Assembly (NCBI GenBank): GCA_049515895.1
Contig: JBEKTQ010000031.1
Location: forward strand, 1-29,014
Source: Candidatus Bathyarchaeia archaeon
Lineage (GTDB): Archaea > Thermoproteota > Bathyarchaeia > Bathyarchaeales > Bathycorpusculaceae
Length of the DNA stretch: 29,014 nt
Direction: 5' to 3'
Position 1 is the first letter of the stretch. Every line of letters starts with the position of its first letter. The notes beneath the pieces were generated by a model. The model saw nothing but the letters and a program-made list of their open reading frames with translations, made no database searches and was not told where the DNA came from. Of this stretch, positions 17,589 to 25,853 are shown piece by piece. The translations under genes were made by a program, and so were the position numbers.

Positions 17589-18755
17589 TTATTTGCGCTT
17601 CCTGAAAAGTTGATGACCTTCTACTGTAGCATGAAACTCGAAACCGACTTCCATAAGTTTAATGGCTGCGTCCAATGTGTCTGCAACTTTAACGGTGAAC
17701 TGGTCGCTGTTTTCCAGATACATCATTTGCTCCAAGTGAATGTATTTTTCTGTGCTGCTAATCTTCTTATGTCCTAAAATCTCCTTGACATGCCAGGGGT
17801 CTTTTGTCTTGTGTTGCTCTGTCGTTCCTTTCCAATGCCGAAAAGTCTTAAAGCATATCAATGCTATGTTAGGGTTTGCGATTTTCTTGGACAAGTTTCG
17901 CCTTTGTATAGAGTAGCATGATCGCATGTCGTCAGCGTTAGAAAAAATATGCTCCTTGTTTCTCGGCAGTTGACACAGCATATCAATGGTTTTAGCTGAT
18001 AACGGCAAAACTCGGTTATTACTATTCTTTTCCGCCCTAAGTCTTACGTTGCGTTGCCCAAAGTCTATATCTTGCCATCTTAAACGGCTAATCTCTCCAG
18101 GTCTAGCACCTGTATCCTTCAGCATAGCACAGTAAACAGCGGTCTTTTTCCCTAATCCAGCAATAAGTTGATCCAGTTCTGCCTCTGTCGGAACATATAT
18201 GGGTTCGCCGTCATTAGAGTATGTTGGCGCTCGCCAAATGATACAGTTAAAATCGAACCATGCTGCAAGATTGTAGGTAATCAACGCTTTTGTGCTGTCT
18301 TTAATTTCTGCTTTAGCTAAAACTGCCTTGCAACTTTCAGGATCAAAAAGGTCTGCTCCAGCTCTCAACAACAACTTAAATGATTTTCGATAGTTAGCGA
18401 TAGTGGAAGGTTTTCTGCCATCATTAACTAGTTGGGTAATTAGCTTCTCTATTTGCGGTGCTGCTTTTAACTCGTTTTCTGTTGGTGAATGTCTTTCCTT
18501 CTCCGCGACAACGTTTAATTTTGTCGTGGACGCCAAATTTTTCGCCTTTCCCATGACGCTTATTCGGCTAATTTGATTATTGTTGCCATGAACATTTAAG
18601 ACTATGTGCTCGCTCCAACGGTGGCCATAATCAGCACATCGATAACGCTGGATCGGTTGATTTGATAAAGCGTTTGAAGGTGCTTTTCTTAAACCGTCCT
18701 TGAACACGCGAGAGCTACCGCATTCTGGACATTTAATAGCGGTTTGAGGCTCCAA
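17589..18755 (-). CDS. Tyrosine recombinase/integrase with N-terminal Zn ribbon
   Basis: CPECGS...QRYRC; DTGARPGEI (R), AEKNS (K), KTFRHW (KxxR in place of HxxR), LGHKKISSTEKY (H, Y). Confidence 0.92.
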   Translation of the reverse strand: MEPQTAIKCPECGSSRVFKDGLRKAPSNALSNQPIQRYRCADYGHRWSEHIVLNVHGNNNQISRISVMGKAKNLASTTKLNVVAEKERHSPTENELKAAPQIEKLITQLVNDGRKPSTIANYRKSFKLLLRAGADLFDPESCKAVLAKAEIKDSTKALITYNLAAWFDFNCIIWRAPTYSNDGEPIYVPTEAELDQLIAGLGKKTAVYCAMLKDTGARPGEISRLRWQDIDFGQRNVRLRAEKNSNNRVLPLSAKTIDMLCQLPRNKEHIFSNADDMRSCYSIQRRNLSKKIANPNIALICFKTFRHWKGTTEQHKTKDPWHVKEILGHKKISSTEKYIHLEQMMYLENSDQFTVKVADTLDAAIKLMEVGFEFHATVEGHQLFRKRK

Positions 18756-18757
18756 AT

Positions 18758-19033
18758 TTAAGGGCCTCCTTTCATTTTGCGGGTTTCCAAGTGGTTACGG
18801 CCTACAATTTTCATATTACAGCTCGCGCAGCGGATAGCCCCGTGGGTCTTAAGCCGGCGACCACAATCAAGGCAAAAATGCTTGCCCTGGAGGGAGGCCC
18901 TGCTTGAGAAAGATTCTATAACTATCGGTTGTTTTGTACGTTCATCAACGGCCTTCAGCAACGCATCAAGGCTGCTAAGTTTCTCTTTCAAAGCGTTAGG
19001 TGAATAGCTGTCTAAAATCGCTTTAGCACTCAA
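18758..19033 (-). CDS. Small Zn-finger protein (CLDC...CASC)
   Basis: TTG 19033 overlaps the upstream TGA; SD GAGGGTGA. Confidence 0.7.
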   Translation of the reverse strand: MSAKAILDSYSPNALKEKLSSLDALLKAVDERTKQPIVIESFSSRASLQGKHFCLDCGRRLKTHGAIRCASCNMKIVGRNHLETRKMKGGP

Positions 19034-19299
19034 GTTTTCACCCTCGCGCCTTTGAAACTGCAATACCGTTTATCCGTACAATTTCCTTTTCCATTTCGCC
19101 AAAAACAAGGCGTATCTTTAGAATTACAGAAGTGTTCTTGGCTTGTATCCTCTAACAAAAATTTATTGATTATTCCAGAAGGAACTAGCTCTTTAGCGGT
19201 AGGAGCTTCTTTTATTCCGGTTGGCTTCTCAACCACAACCTCTTTCGGCAAAAATTTGTCAAGCGTAGTCAATTTTAAGAAGTCTCCTGGACGTCGCAA
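19030..19299 (-). CDS. Small Cys-rich hypothetical protein (alternative start TTG 19272)
   Basis: Packed in the operon; four Cys in the C-terminal part. Confidence 0.6.
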   Translation of the reverse strand: MRRPGDFLKLTTLDKFLPKEVVVEKPTGIKEAPTAKELVPSGIINKFLLEDTSQEHFCNSKDTPCFWRNGKGNCTDKRYCSFKGARVKT

Positions 19300-21293
19300 T
19301 CGTTTTCTTGGCAGGTTTTTTTACTCACTAAGAAGTGTTCAGGACATAAGATATTTCCATCAAGATACCACTCCGCTTCTTTGGTACATGGACCTCCACA
19401 ACCTTCAGCAATACATAAAACTCCAGCTCTAGGTTTGATACGCCTAGCTTTCAATACTGTTTTGTCTTTATGGATGTATTTTACTTCGCTTTCACCTTCA
19501 GCGGTGTTAGCTATTGGCGGTGTAGGTGTTTCATTAGAAATATGCGCATCCACAATCGTTTCTTGAATGATTGTATTTTTAGCCTTGTTTTCGTTAATAG
19601 AGTTAGATATATCCTTAGAAAGTACGCTATCTATATTAGATATACCTACTGTGTTTTTTTTCGTTATAAGAGCACACATATCTTCTAAGGATATTCTTTT
19701 AGCGGTCCCGTCGATGTTAAGAATTATTATCTCTTGGGTGTCGATTTCAGATAGTGTATTTTCTAACCATTTATTGAAGCTCTTTTCAAGAATCTCCTCT
19801 AAATGTACAGTCGAATCAAAATCAAGCGTTGATGCGTTTTTTTTAGGTTTTAAAGGTATGTAATTGTTGTATCTTCTATCAATGTATCCTTTGTCGTTTT
19901 TGTGGGTTCCTTCGCGTATGTCAGCCCAACCGATTTTTTCAAGTCGCACCAACCAACCTCTTACTGTTACTGTTGCAACTTTTTGTTTACGGTCTTTGTT
20001 GTAGATGTCGGTTAAATCCTCAGCTTCCGCACCGTTGACACAGTTAGCTAGTACATTGTAGTAAAACTCCAAGATTCTTGACTCGGTACTCGTTTTTGTG
20101 GTTAAAATAATGTTATCGTAGTCTATTTTTGCATCTAAAGCGTCTTGGATCGTTGGTATTAAGTATCTTTGTTCGTTTATGATTATGATTGGTCTTTGAA
20201 AGAGTTTAAAGGCGGAATAGGATGGCATCAACTCAAGGAACTTGTTGAAGTCTCTCATGTCTCGGATTGCGGTTTTTGTGAATGCCTCATATATTCCGTC
20301 GAAGGGGGTTGCTACCTTGATTTTACCTTTGGTTATGTAGAACTTGATTTTTCGGATGTACTCTTGAATGATTTTTCTGTGTAGTTCGTGTTGTTTGTAA
20401 ATCCATGGGTAACATTTTTTCAGGTTGCTTATTCTCATTGAATCTTCGATTTTTGGCTGTGTTGTAAGCGGTGACGCCGTAAACTCTCTTGTTGCTTGCT
20501 CCTCAAAATAGTCGTTATCTAAGGAGTTAAAGATTAGAGCGGGAGCCCCAACTATTTTTGTTACGTGTACATTTCCGTGGTCGTCAACGTATTTGTGGTC
20601 CGCGTATTCTTTGTCTTTGCTCATGGTGGTTTTGAACATTTTGAAGGTTTCAAGATTGATTGATTCTTGAAAGACGATAACTTTGTTTCTAACGTCAACT
20701 TCGTAATAAGAGTGTTTTAAAGTGTCACTGTAGCTTTTTCTCTCTTTTTTCCAATTTATTAAGGCATTTTCAAATGTTACATCATCAGCAAAGTTTTTCT
20801 TGACAGGTTTTTCAGGTTCTTCCAATTCATCTATGTTTTCGCCGGATTCGCTTTTTCTTACTCCGCATTCATGGCTGATAACTTTGGGTGATTGACTGGC
20901 TATGTATTGAATGTCTTCTTGAGGTAGGAAAGCCATTGTTTCATTTGTTGAGTAGGTTTTTCCGCTGCCACTTTCACATTTTAAAGCAAGATTCAATGGG
21001 TCAAGATAAGCAGATAGACCAACATGGAAAGCCGCTTTTATGATGTGATCGTCAAATTTGCTTATGGTTAGGTGTGCTTCATCTATTAGCATTTCTTCTA
21101 TGTCAGGGTCAACGGATAATCCTTCGATTCCTTGCTGTATTTTTTCTAACTCAGTTTTTATTACATCTGTTCTTTCTTTCATTCTTTGTTGGTAGCCTTC
21201 AGGTAGATCAGCTATTGGGGTATCGTCTGTTACGTCGAAATCTTTGTTGAATGGGTCCTTGATTATGTAAGGGGTTGTTGGCTGTTCGGTCAA
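19275..21293 (-). CDS. P-loop (AAA+-like) ATPase with wHTH and C-terminal Cys/His cluster; putative replication helicase/initiator
   Basis: Walker A CESGSGKT, degenerate Walker B VIVFQE, RDMRD Arg motif, wHTH (EDLTDIYN...TVRGWLVRLEKIGW), CIAEGCGGPC...LCPEH; start TTG 21293 with GGAGG. Confidence 0.8.
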   Translation of the reverse strand: MTEQPTTPYIIKDPFNKDFDVTDDTPIADLPEGYQQRMKERTDVIKTELEKIQQGIEGLSVDPDIEEMLIDEAHLTISKFDDHIIKAAFHVGLSAYLDPLNLALKCESGSGKTYSTNETMAFLPQEDIQYIASQSPKVISHECGVRKSESGENIDELEEPEKPVKKNFADDVTFENALINWKKERKSYSDTLKHSYYEVDVRNKVIVFQESINLETFKMFKTTMSKDKEYADHKYVDDHGNVHVTKIVGAPALIFNSLDNDYFEEQATREFTASPLTTQPKIEDSMRISNLKKCYPWIYKQHELHRKIIQEYIRKIKFYITKGKIKVATPFDGIYEAFTKTAIRDMRDFNKFLELMPSYSAFKLFQRPIIIINEQRYLIPTIQDALDAKIDYDNIILTTKTSTESRILEFYYNVLANCVNGAEAEDLTDIYNKDRKQKVATVTVRGWLVRLEKIGWADIREGTHKNDKGYIDRRYNNYIPLKPKKNASTLDFDSTVHLEEILEKSFNKWLENTLSEIDTQEIIILNIDGTAKRISLEDMCALITKKNTVGISNIDSVLSKDISNSINENKAKNTIIQETIVDAHISNETPTPPIANTAEGESEVKYIHKDKTVLKARRIKPRAGVLCIAEGCGGPCTKEAEWYLDGNILCPEHFLVSKKTCQENDCDVQETS

Positions 21294-21448
21294 GGCTGGG
21301 CCTCCGCTCCGCAAATGCCAGGATATTCAGAAATTAGATTTTCAGCGATTTCCCATTTTAAAAAAGGGCAAACAAAACGAAAGGTGTCTTTCGTTATAGT
21401 TTCTTTGGTGAGATGCTTACAGCTATTACAGCAAAAACCTTTTTTCAA
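21290..21448 (-). CDS. 52-aa Cys-rich protein (MKKGFCCNSCKH...CPF...GIC)
   Basis: Below the ORF-track cutoff; TTGA overlaps at both ends fill the gap exactly. Confidence 0.65.
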   Translation of the reverse strand: MKKGFCCNSCKHLTKETITKDTFRFVCPFLKWEIAENLISEYPGICGAEAQP

Positions 21449-21645
21449 TGAAAAAGCCTCCGAGAAGGGGTTGCTTGTTTGAAAAACACTCTTTTTCGTT
21501 GAAATTGCCAGCCACGCTTGTTGTCGAAAGTTGCCACTTGGCCACTCTTGAAAGTAACGATTGCGCTGACTACATCTTGAGTGGTTAGGTTTTCGCTGCT
21601 AACCCTGTTGCGGCAACGATTCTGGAAAAATTGGTCAATCTCCAA
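21445..21645 (-). CDS. Hypothetical protein (66 aa)
   Basis: Operon packing; SD GGAG. Confidence 0.6.
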   Translation of the reverse strand: MEIDQFFQNRCRNRVSSENLTTQDVVSAIVTFKSGQVATFDNKRGWQFQRKRVFFKQATPSRRLFH

Positions 21646-21647
21646 TT

Positions 21648-21884
21648 TTATGCATCTCCAGGTAGCCTTCGGCTGCCAATTTCAAGGTTTGTTTTGCGAC
21701 GCCAAACTCTGCAACCTGTGCCTCCACCGTGATTGCAACTGAAACTTTGAGCGTTAAATTTGAGGGCTTGTTTGCATTCAGATTCAAACTTGCAAGGGTA
21801 GGGTTCGACTTCTTGAGCTAAGTTAGCTTCGTAAAATTCTTTTAATGGTGCATAATCAGTAATGAAAGTTGTTTTTGGATGCAT
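21648..21884 (-). CDS. Cys-rich hypothetical protein (78 aa)
   Basis: ATG 21884 after GAGGAG; four Cys. Confidence 0.65.
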   Translation of the reverse strand: MHPKTTFITDYAPLKEFYEANLAQEVEPYPCKFESECKQALKFNAQSFSCNHGGGTGCRVWRRKTNLEIGSRRLPGDA

Positions 21885-21886
21885 TG

Positions 21887-22063
21887 TTATCGCTCCTCGA
21901 AGATTTGGCAATAACAAAAATGGTTTCCCTTGTCGCCGGGGAGGATTCTTGAGGTTGTATTGACACGGTACTTTTTCGTTAGAAAATCGATTAGGTCATT
22001 GATAACTTGGGGAGAATCACTTGTAATTTTAAGAGTTGTTATGATTATTTTCTGTTCTGGCAA
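21887..22063 (-). CDS. 58-aa hypothetical protein (MPEQKIIITTLKITSDSPQV...)
   Basis: Manual translation; stop lies 2 nt before the next ATG. Confidence 0.6.
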   Translation of the reverse strand: MPEQKIIITTLKITSDSPQVINDLIDFLTKKYRVNTTSRILPGDKGNHFCYCQIFEER

Positions 22064-22153
22064 ACTTTTGCCCTTCTAATGCTATCTTATCTTTTTTGTC
22101 AAAGGTCGGGAGTGCGCGTAAGCAAAAGTTTAATATGTTAAAAAAAACTACTT

Positions 22154-22333
22154 TCACTTTGGCGTGCCTCCGTCAGGGGACATGTCAGCTTCGGGAGTTT
22201 GGTTCTTAGCGGTTCCTACTCCCGAAGTTAACAATTTAGCTTTTTTACGTGCCTTGTATTCAGCTTTTAGAAGTCGCATGGCTTCGCGAACTTCTTTGCT
22301 GTGTTTGAAGGTCACGGTTTCTTTGTAGTCCAT
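22154..22333 (-). CDS. 59-aa basic protein, first gene of the leftward operon (possible RHH/Cro-like regulator)
   Basis: MDYKETVTFKHSKEVREAMRLLKAEYKARKK: beta-strand then helix; SD AAGGA. Confidence 0.55.
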   Translation of the reverse strand: MDYKETVTFKHSKEVREAMRLLKAEYKARKKAKLLTSGVGTAKNQTPEADMSPDGGTPK

Positions 22334-22432
22334 ACTTATCTATCCTTTCTTAGATTTCTACCCTAATTTAAATATTGTGCATGTGAGCTGAAGAAGTGTT
22401 TCAAATGAAAAATAAACCCTCGCTTTCGGTTT

Positions 22433-22532
22433 AGTTAACCGCTATTTTATATCTAAAAAAGATGTAAATGAGCGATTAACTGAAGTTATGCGAAGTTATC
22501 ATACTTTAGCGAATATATCGTAAAAAGATATA
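22433..22532. promoter_or_regulatory. Long inverted repeat plus repeated TATATC-N7-GATRTA sites in the divergent control region
   Basis: 22-bp arms (18/22) at 22433-22454 and 22460-22481; second core at 22514-22532; GAAGTTAT twice at 10-bp spacing. Confidence 0.6.
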
Positions 22533-22702
22533 CTTTTGGGATTTTAACTTTGGGCATGGACTTTTAAAGAGGGTTGCGGGGGGAAAGAAAGTCAAAATAG
22601 CGTATTTTTCTTTTGTGGGCGCCGAGAGACAGAACAACCCAGGTCTGTGCTTCTCGGTTTCATTTAGCCCTTTTTTCTATTGAGCAATAAGGGGTGAGTG
22701 AA

Positions 22703-22894
22703 ATGGCAGAAGAGAAACCTAAAGAGAGATTGGAAACAGTTTTGTCAATAACAAAGGAAAACGGTGTAACCGTAACTGTTTCAACCGTTTGCGGTAGCTG
22801 GGAATATATGCAAAAATTCTTAAGCGATTTCGAGAATAGCTTTCTAAAGGGTAAAAATGGAAAAGCCAAACATAAGAGTAAAACAGAACCTTAA
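22703..22894 (+). CDS. Hypothetical protein (63 aa)
   Basis: SD GGGGTGA before ATG 22703. Confidence 0.6.
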   Translation: MAEEKPKERLETVLSITKENGVTVTVSTVCGSWEYMQKFLSDFENSFLKGKNGKAKHKSKTEP

Positions 22895-23060
22895 CATAGA
22901 AGTAAATTGTCCTTGTCCAAAATGCGATACAGGGCATCTAATACCTTTTCTGAAAGAAGTTCCGAGAAGAATTGGTTCTTACGGCAATCCAGACACATAT
23001 TACGAAATATACTATCGTTGCTCACGCTATCCTCAATGCAACGCCTATATTGAAGGATAA
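22857..23060 (+). CDS. C4 Zn-ribbon protein (topoisomerase zf-C4-like)
   Basis: CPKC...YRCSRYPQCNA. Confidence 0.7.
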   Translation: MEKPNIRVKQNLNIEVNCPCPKCDTGHLIPFLKEVPRRIGSYGNPDTYYEIYYRCSRYPQCNAYIEG

Positions 23061-23085
23061 AAAAAGAAAGAGAAAAGTTTGAGGT

Positions 23086-23370
23086 CTATGACATTAGATT
23101 TCTATTTTCTTTTAACCGCTTAAGTTTCTCTGAGTCCGGCAACTTCATAAACTCATTTAGGCAGAAACAGATTATACAATGCTCTGGAATGTCAGTTCCT
23201 TTTTTGAGTTCTCTAATCAACTTTTTAGTTAGCGGAGTCAGTTTCAAGTTAGTTGTTTCATCATAAGGCGCCGTAGCTGCTTTGTTGATTTTACAATGCT
23301 TACACATGGGTATATCTTGGATTGCTTTTAGGCCTTCTAAAACTTCAACTGGTCCTATTTTGCTTGACAT
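23086..23370 (-). CDS. Cys-rich hypothetical protein (CKHC...CIIC)
   Basis: SD AAGGAG; followed by a minus-strand T-tract. Confidence 0.7.
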   Translation of the reverse strand: MSSKIGPVEVLEGLKAIQDIPMCKHCKINKAATAPYDETTNLKLTPLTKKLIRELKKGTDIPEHCIICFCLNEFMKLPDSEKLKRLKENRNLMS

Positions 23371-23387
23371 TTTGTTTTTCTCCTTGA

Positions 23388-23455
23388 AATATCTTAGAGA
23401 TATTCCTGATAGTATTAAAGAGCTATACTTATATTAATATCTTAGGGATATTCCT
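23388..23455. promoter_or_regulatory. Paired palindromic operators AATATCTTAGRGATATTCCT
   Basis: 20-bp repeats at 23388 and 23436 (1 mismatch) flanking an AT-rich divergent promoter. Confidence 0.7.
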
Positions 23456-23477
23456 TTAATTGGTGATTGGTGTGGAA

Positions 23478-23636
23478 ATGCCAACAAAATTTAAAATCAG
23501 TGTGGTTCTAGTCGGCAAGAGCTTGAAGGTTACAATTCCAAAAGAGCTCTGCGAACAATTCAGCTTAAAGAAAGGCGACACTATTGAAATGTGGGCCGAC
23601 AACAGCCATATTATTATTGAGAAGGGAAAAGCCTAA
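23478..23636 (+). CDS. AbrB/MazE/SpoVT family DNA-binding protein (52 aa)
   Basis: Not in the ORF track; VGKSLKVTIPKELCEQFSLKKGDTIEM...HIIIEK. Confidence 0.88.
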   Translation: MPTKFKISVVLVGKSLKVTIPKELCEQFSLKKGDTIEMWADNSHIIIEKGKA

Positions 23637-23824
23637 TGGTTTTTGAAAAGATAGGTGCAGCTCAAGTTAACAAAGACGTTCAAGCATTGAAAATAGAGAT
23701 AGATGCGAAAACATATTGGATCGGGCTTTCAGACTTAGACCAGGCTGTTAAAAATAATCGGCTGGTTGGTGTTTTCCAGCTCACAGAAAAAGCCATCCAA
23801 CAAGAGACTGCAGCAACGCCTTGA
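23636..23824 (+). CDS. 62-aa protein translationally coupled to AbrB
   Basis: TAATG stop/start overlap. Confidence 0.7.
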   Translation: MVFEKIGAAQVNKDVQALKIEIDAKTYWIGLSDLDQAVKNNRLVGVFQLTEKAIQQETAATP

Positions 23825-23847
23825 TGTTTTAGTTACTTCTTTTTTCT

Positions 23848-23962
23848 ATTGGTGGGTAGCTAAGAGGGTTCTTACCTCTATAACTCAGTTTAGCAACGAT
23901 CCATTTGCCCTCTTAACTACTCCTCCCTAAGTAGCCAATGGTCAGTCCACGGATAGACCATT
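23848..23962. ncRNA. Candidate structured RNA/DNA hairpin unit
   Basis: GGGTAGCTAAGAGGG/CCCTCTTAACTACTC (23854-68/23908-22) and AATGGTC/GACCATT (23937-43/23956-62). Confidence 0.4.
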
Positions 23963-23982
23963 AAACTGCTTTTTTCTTTTGA

Positions 23983-24234
23983 GTGTGTCAAGTGTTGACT
24001 AAGAAAAAGAAAATGAGAAAGATTGGCTTTAGCTTAGTTTCTGCGGCCTTAATTCTGGTTCTTTTAGGTTCGGTTGTTGTTTATGGTGCGGTAACATTGG
24101 TTTCGTTTAATTTGGTGGTTTTTCTATTTGTTTTTCCGGCTGATTCGTTGCTGCAAGCGTTATTGATTGTTTTTGGAGCGTTGCTTCTTAGTTTTGGTTT
24201 GATGTTCATAGTTTTGTCAAAGCGTTTTTTCTAA
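23983..24234 (+). CDS. Small highly hydrophobic membrane protein
   Basis: Basic N-terminus followed by 2-3 TM segments; real start may be 23995 or 24013. Confidence 0.6.
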   Translation: MCQVLTKKKKMRKIGFSLVSAALILVLLGSVVVYGAVTLVSFNLVVFLFVFPADSLLQALLIVFGALLLSFGLMFIVLSKRFF

Positions 24235-24267
24235 AGCCTCATTTTTCTATTGAGACTTAGACCTAAA

Positions 24268-24378
24268 ATGAAACATAACAGTCTTAAAAAAACTCGTACA
24301 GAAATTGACGCTGTAACTAAAATTGGTTTTTTAGCTCTGGAACGAGAAACGCTTATTTTTTTGGATGGGGAGGATTAA
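24268..24378 (+). CDS. Possible 36-aa ORF
   Basis: MKHNSLKKTRTEIDAV...; stop lies 2 nt before TTG 24381. Confidence 0.35.
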   Translation: MKHNSLKKTRTEIDAVTKIGFLALERETLIFLDGED

Positions 24379-24380
24379 AG

Positions 24381-24872
24381 TTGTCTTACCGCGGTCAACC
24401 GAAAGGTTCTTACGGCAATTCTCGGCGTGGACGTTGGCCTTGGAGTGGTCCTAAAAAGCCAAAACCAAAAGAAAACCAAGAGAACGTAATTTATGTTAGA
24501 GACAGCGAGGATAAGCCTAAGCAGCCTATTCCTGATACTTTTCATTGGCAAGAAAAACTGGTTCCTGAAGGTACAAAAGTGATTTTGAGCAGGTCAACAA
24601 GTCTAACTGTTCCAGGGGGCAAAACCTTGCTTGCGAACGACTTGGATAGGCAACATGAAATCGCCTTTCAAATTTGTCAGTTAGCAGCGCAAAATCAGAA
24701 ACTCAGCATCGAGGTTTTGTTACCTGATAATGTCACGGTTAAGAAATTTAAGATCATCCACTCAGAGGACCAGTTGCCAAGCGACAAGGCCGTTTCTTTT
24801 TCAGACATGGTTTATGTCGGTAATCTGAGAAATCAGCTTCGAGCTAACGGTTTTACTCTCATAGCTGTTTAA
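24381..24872 (+). CDS. Hypothetical protein with basic G/R-rich N-terminal arm (paralog A)
   Basis: SD GGAGG; shares terminal motifs with the next gene. Confidence 0.75.
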   Translation: MSYRGQPKGSYGNSRRGRWPWSGPKKPKPKENQENVIYVRDSEDKPKQPIPDTFHWQEKLVPEGTKVILSRSTSLTVPGGKTLLANDLDRQHEIAFQICQLAAQNQKLSIEVLLPDNVTVKKFKIIHSEDQLPSDKAVSFSDMVYVGNLRNQLRANGFTLIAV

Positions 24873-24898
24873 TCTTTTTTCTATTGAAGTGATAAACA

Positions 24899-25624
24899 TT
24901 GAGTAGTTATAAAGGGCGTTCTAAAGGCAGTTATGGCACTCAACAGAGGCATGGCAAAAGCAGTTTTCATGGATTCGGAAGAGGCAAACATGACGCTGAC
25001 ACATTGATGGCTCAGAGAAATTTTGAAAGCAGGTCTAAAAGAAGCCAAATTCAAGATTTACACCGTTTCGCTACGATTGCGCCTAACATACATATGTATT
25101 TGAAATCCCCAGAAAAGTACGATTGGAAAGGCGTTGATGATCCTAACATATTGGCTAAATTAAACATAGTAACTAAGTTAGCGAAAAAGAAACCTGTTCA
25201 CATGGTAGTCAAAGATGGCAAGGCCAAAAAGGAACACCATTTCAAAATTATTAAAAAATCTAAAGCCAAAAAAGAACCTGAGAAACAAGAACTAAAAGCA
25301 GAGGCCAATAACCCGATAAAAGAAGAAGGCAGCCACAAATTACCAAGCGAAAAGGAAATTTACGATAGAGCTGTCAAAATGTATCAAGAGGAAAACTTTA
25401 AGCCAAAATATGAGGATTCAGCGCCCGAAGTCAACCCAACAAAAGGCGAACTTAGCGAAGAGGGATATTTACAAAAAGCAAAACTGAGTTTGATGACTTC
25501 GCAGGATACGGTAGCCTCAAGACAAACAATGGATTACATCGACAATTTAAGGCAGCAACTTGAAAAAATCGGTTTTGACATCGTACCCATTAACGGTTTT
25601 TCTGTCGAAGATTTGCAATATTAA
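24899..25624 (+). CDS. Hypothetical Lys-rich protein with basic N-terminal arm (paralog B)
   Basis: 241-aa ORF followed by a T-tract terminator. Confidence 0.8.
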   Translation: MSSYKGRSKGSYGTQQRHGKSSFHGFGRGKHDADTLMAQRNFESRSKRSQIQDLHRFATIAPNIHMYLKSPEKYDWKGVDDPNILAKLNIVTKLAKKKPVHMVVKDGKAKKEHHFKIIKKSKAKKEPEKQELKAEANNPIKEEGSHKLPSEKEIYDRAVKMYQEENFKPKYEDSAPEVNPTKGELSEEGYLQKAKLSLMTSQDTVASRQTMDYIDNLRQQLEKIGFDIVPINGFSVEDLQY

Positions 25625-25853
25625 TCTCCCTTTTTTTCTCTTCCATGTTTTTTAGTCAATTATACCTGGTCTGGGAGCCTCAAATATGCTAGTCGTGAAC
25701 GACCATTCATCGTGGATATAATCCTCGACTGTTGTTTTATCCAATGTTTAAAAATAGGGTAGAACAAGCCTAAAGGGAAAAACGTTAAAACCCCTTAGAC
25801 TTGCTACCTACACAAGAAAAATCATTTTGCTTTTTCTTTTAGGTGCGTAGCGA

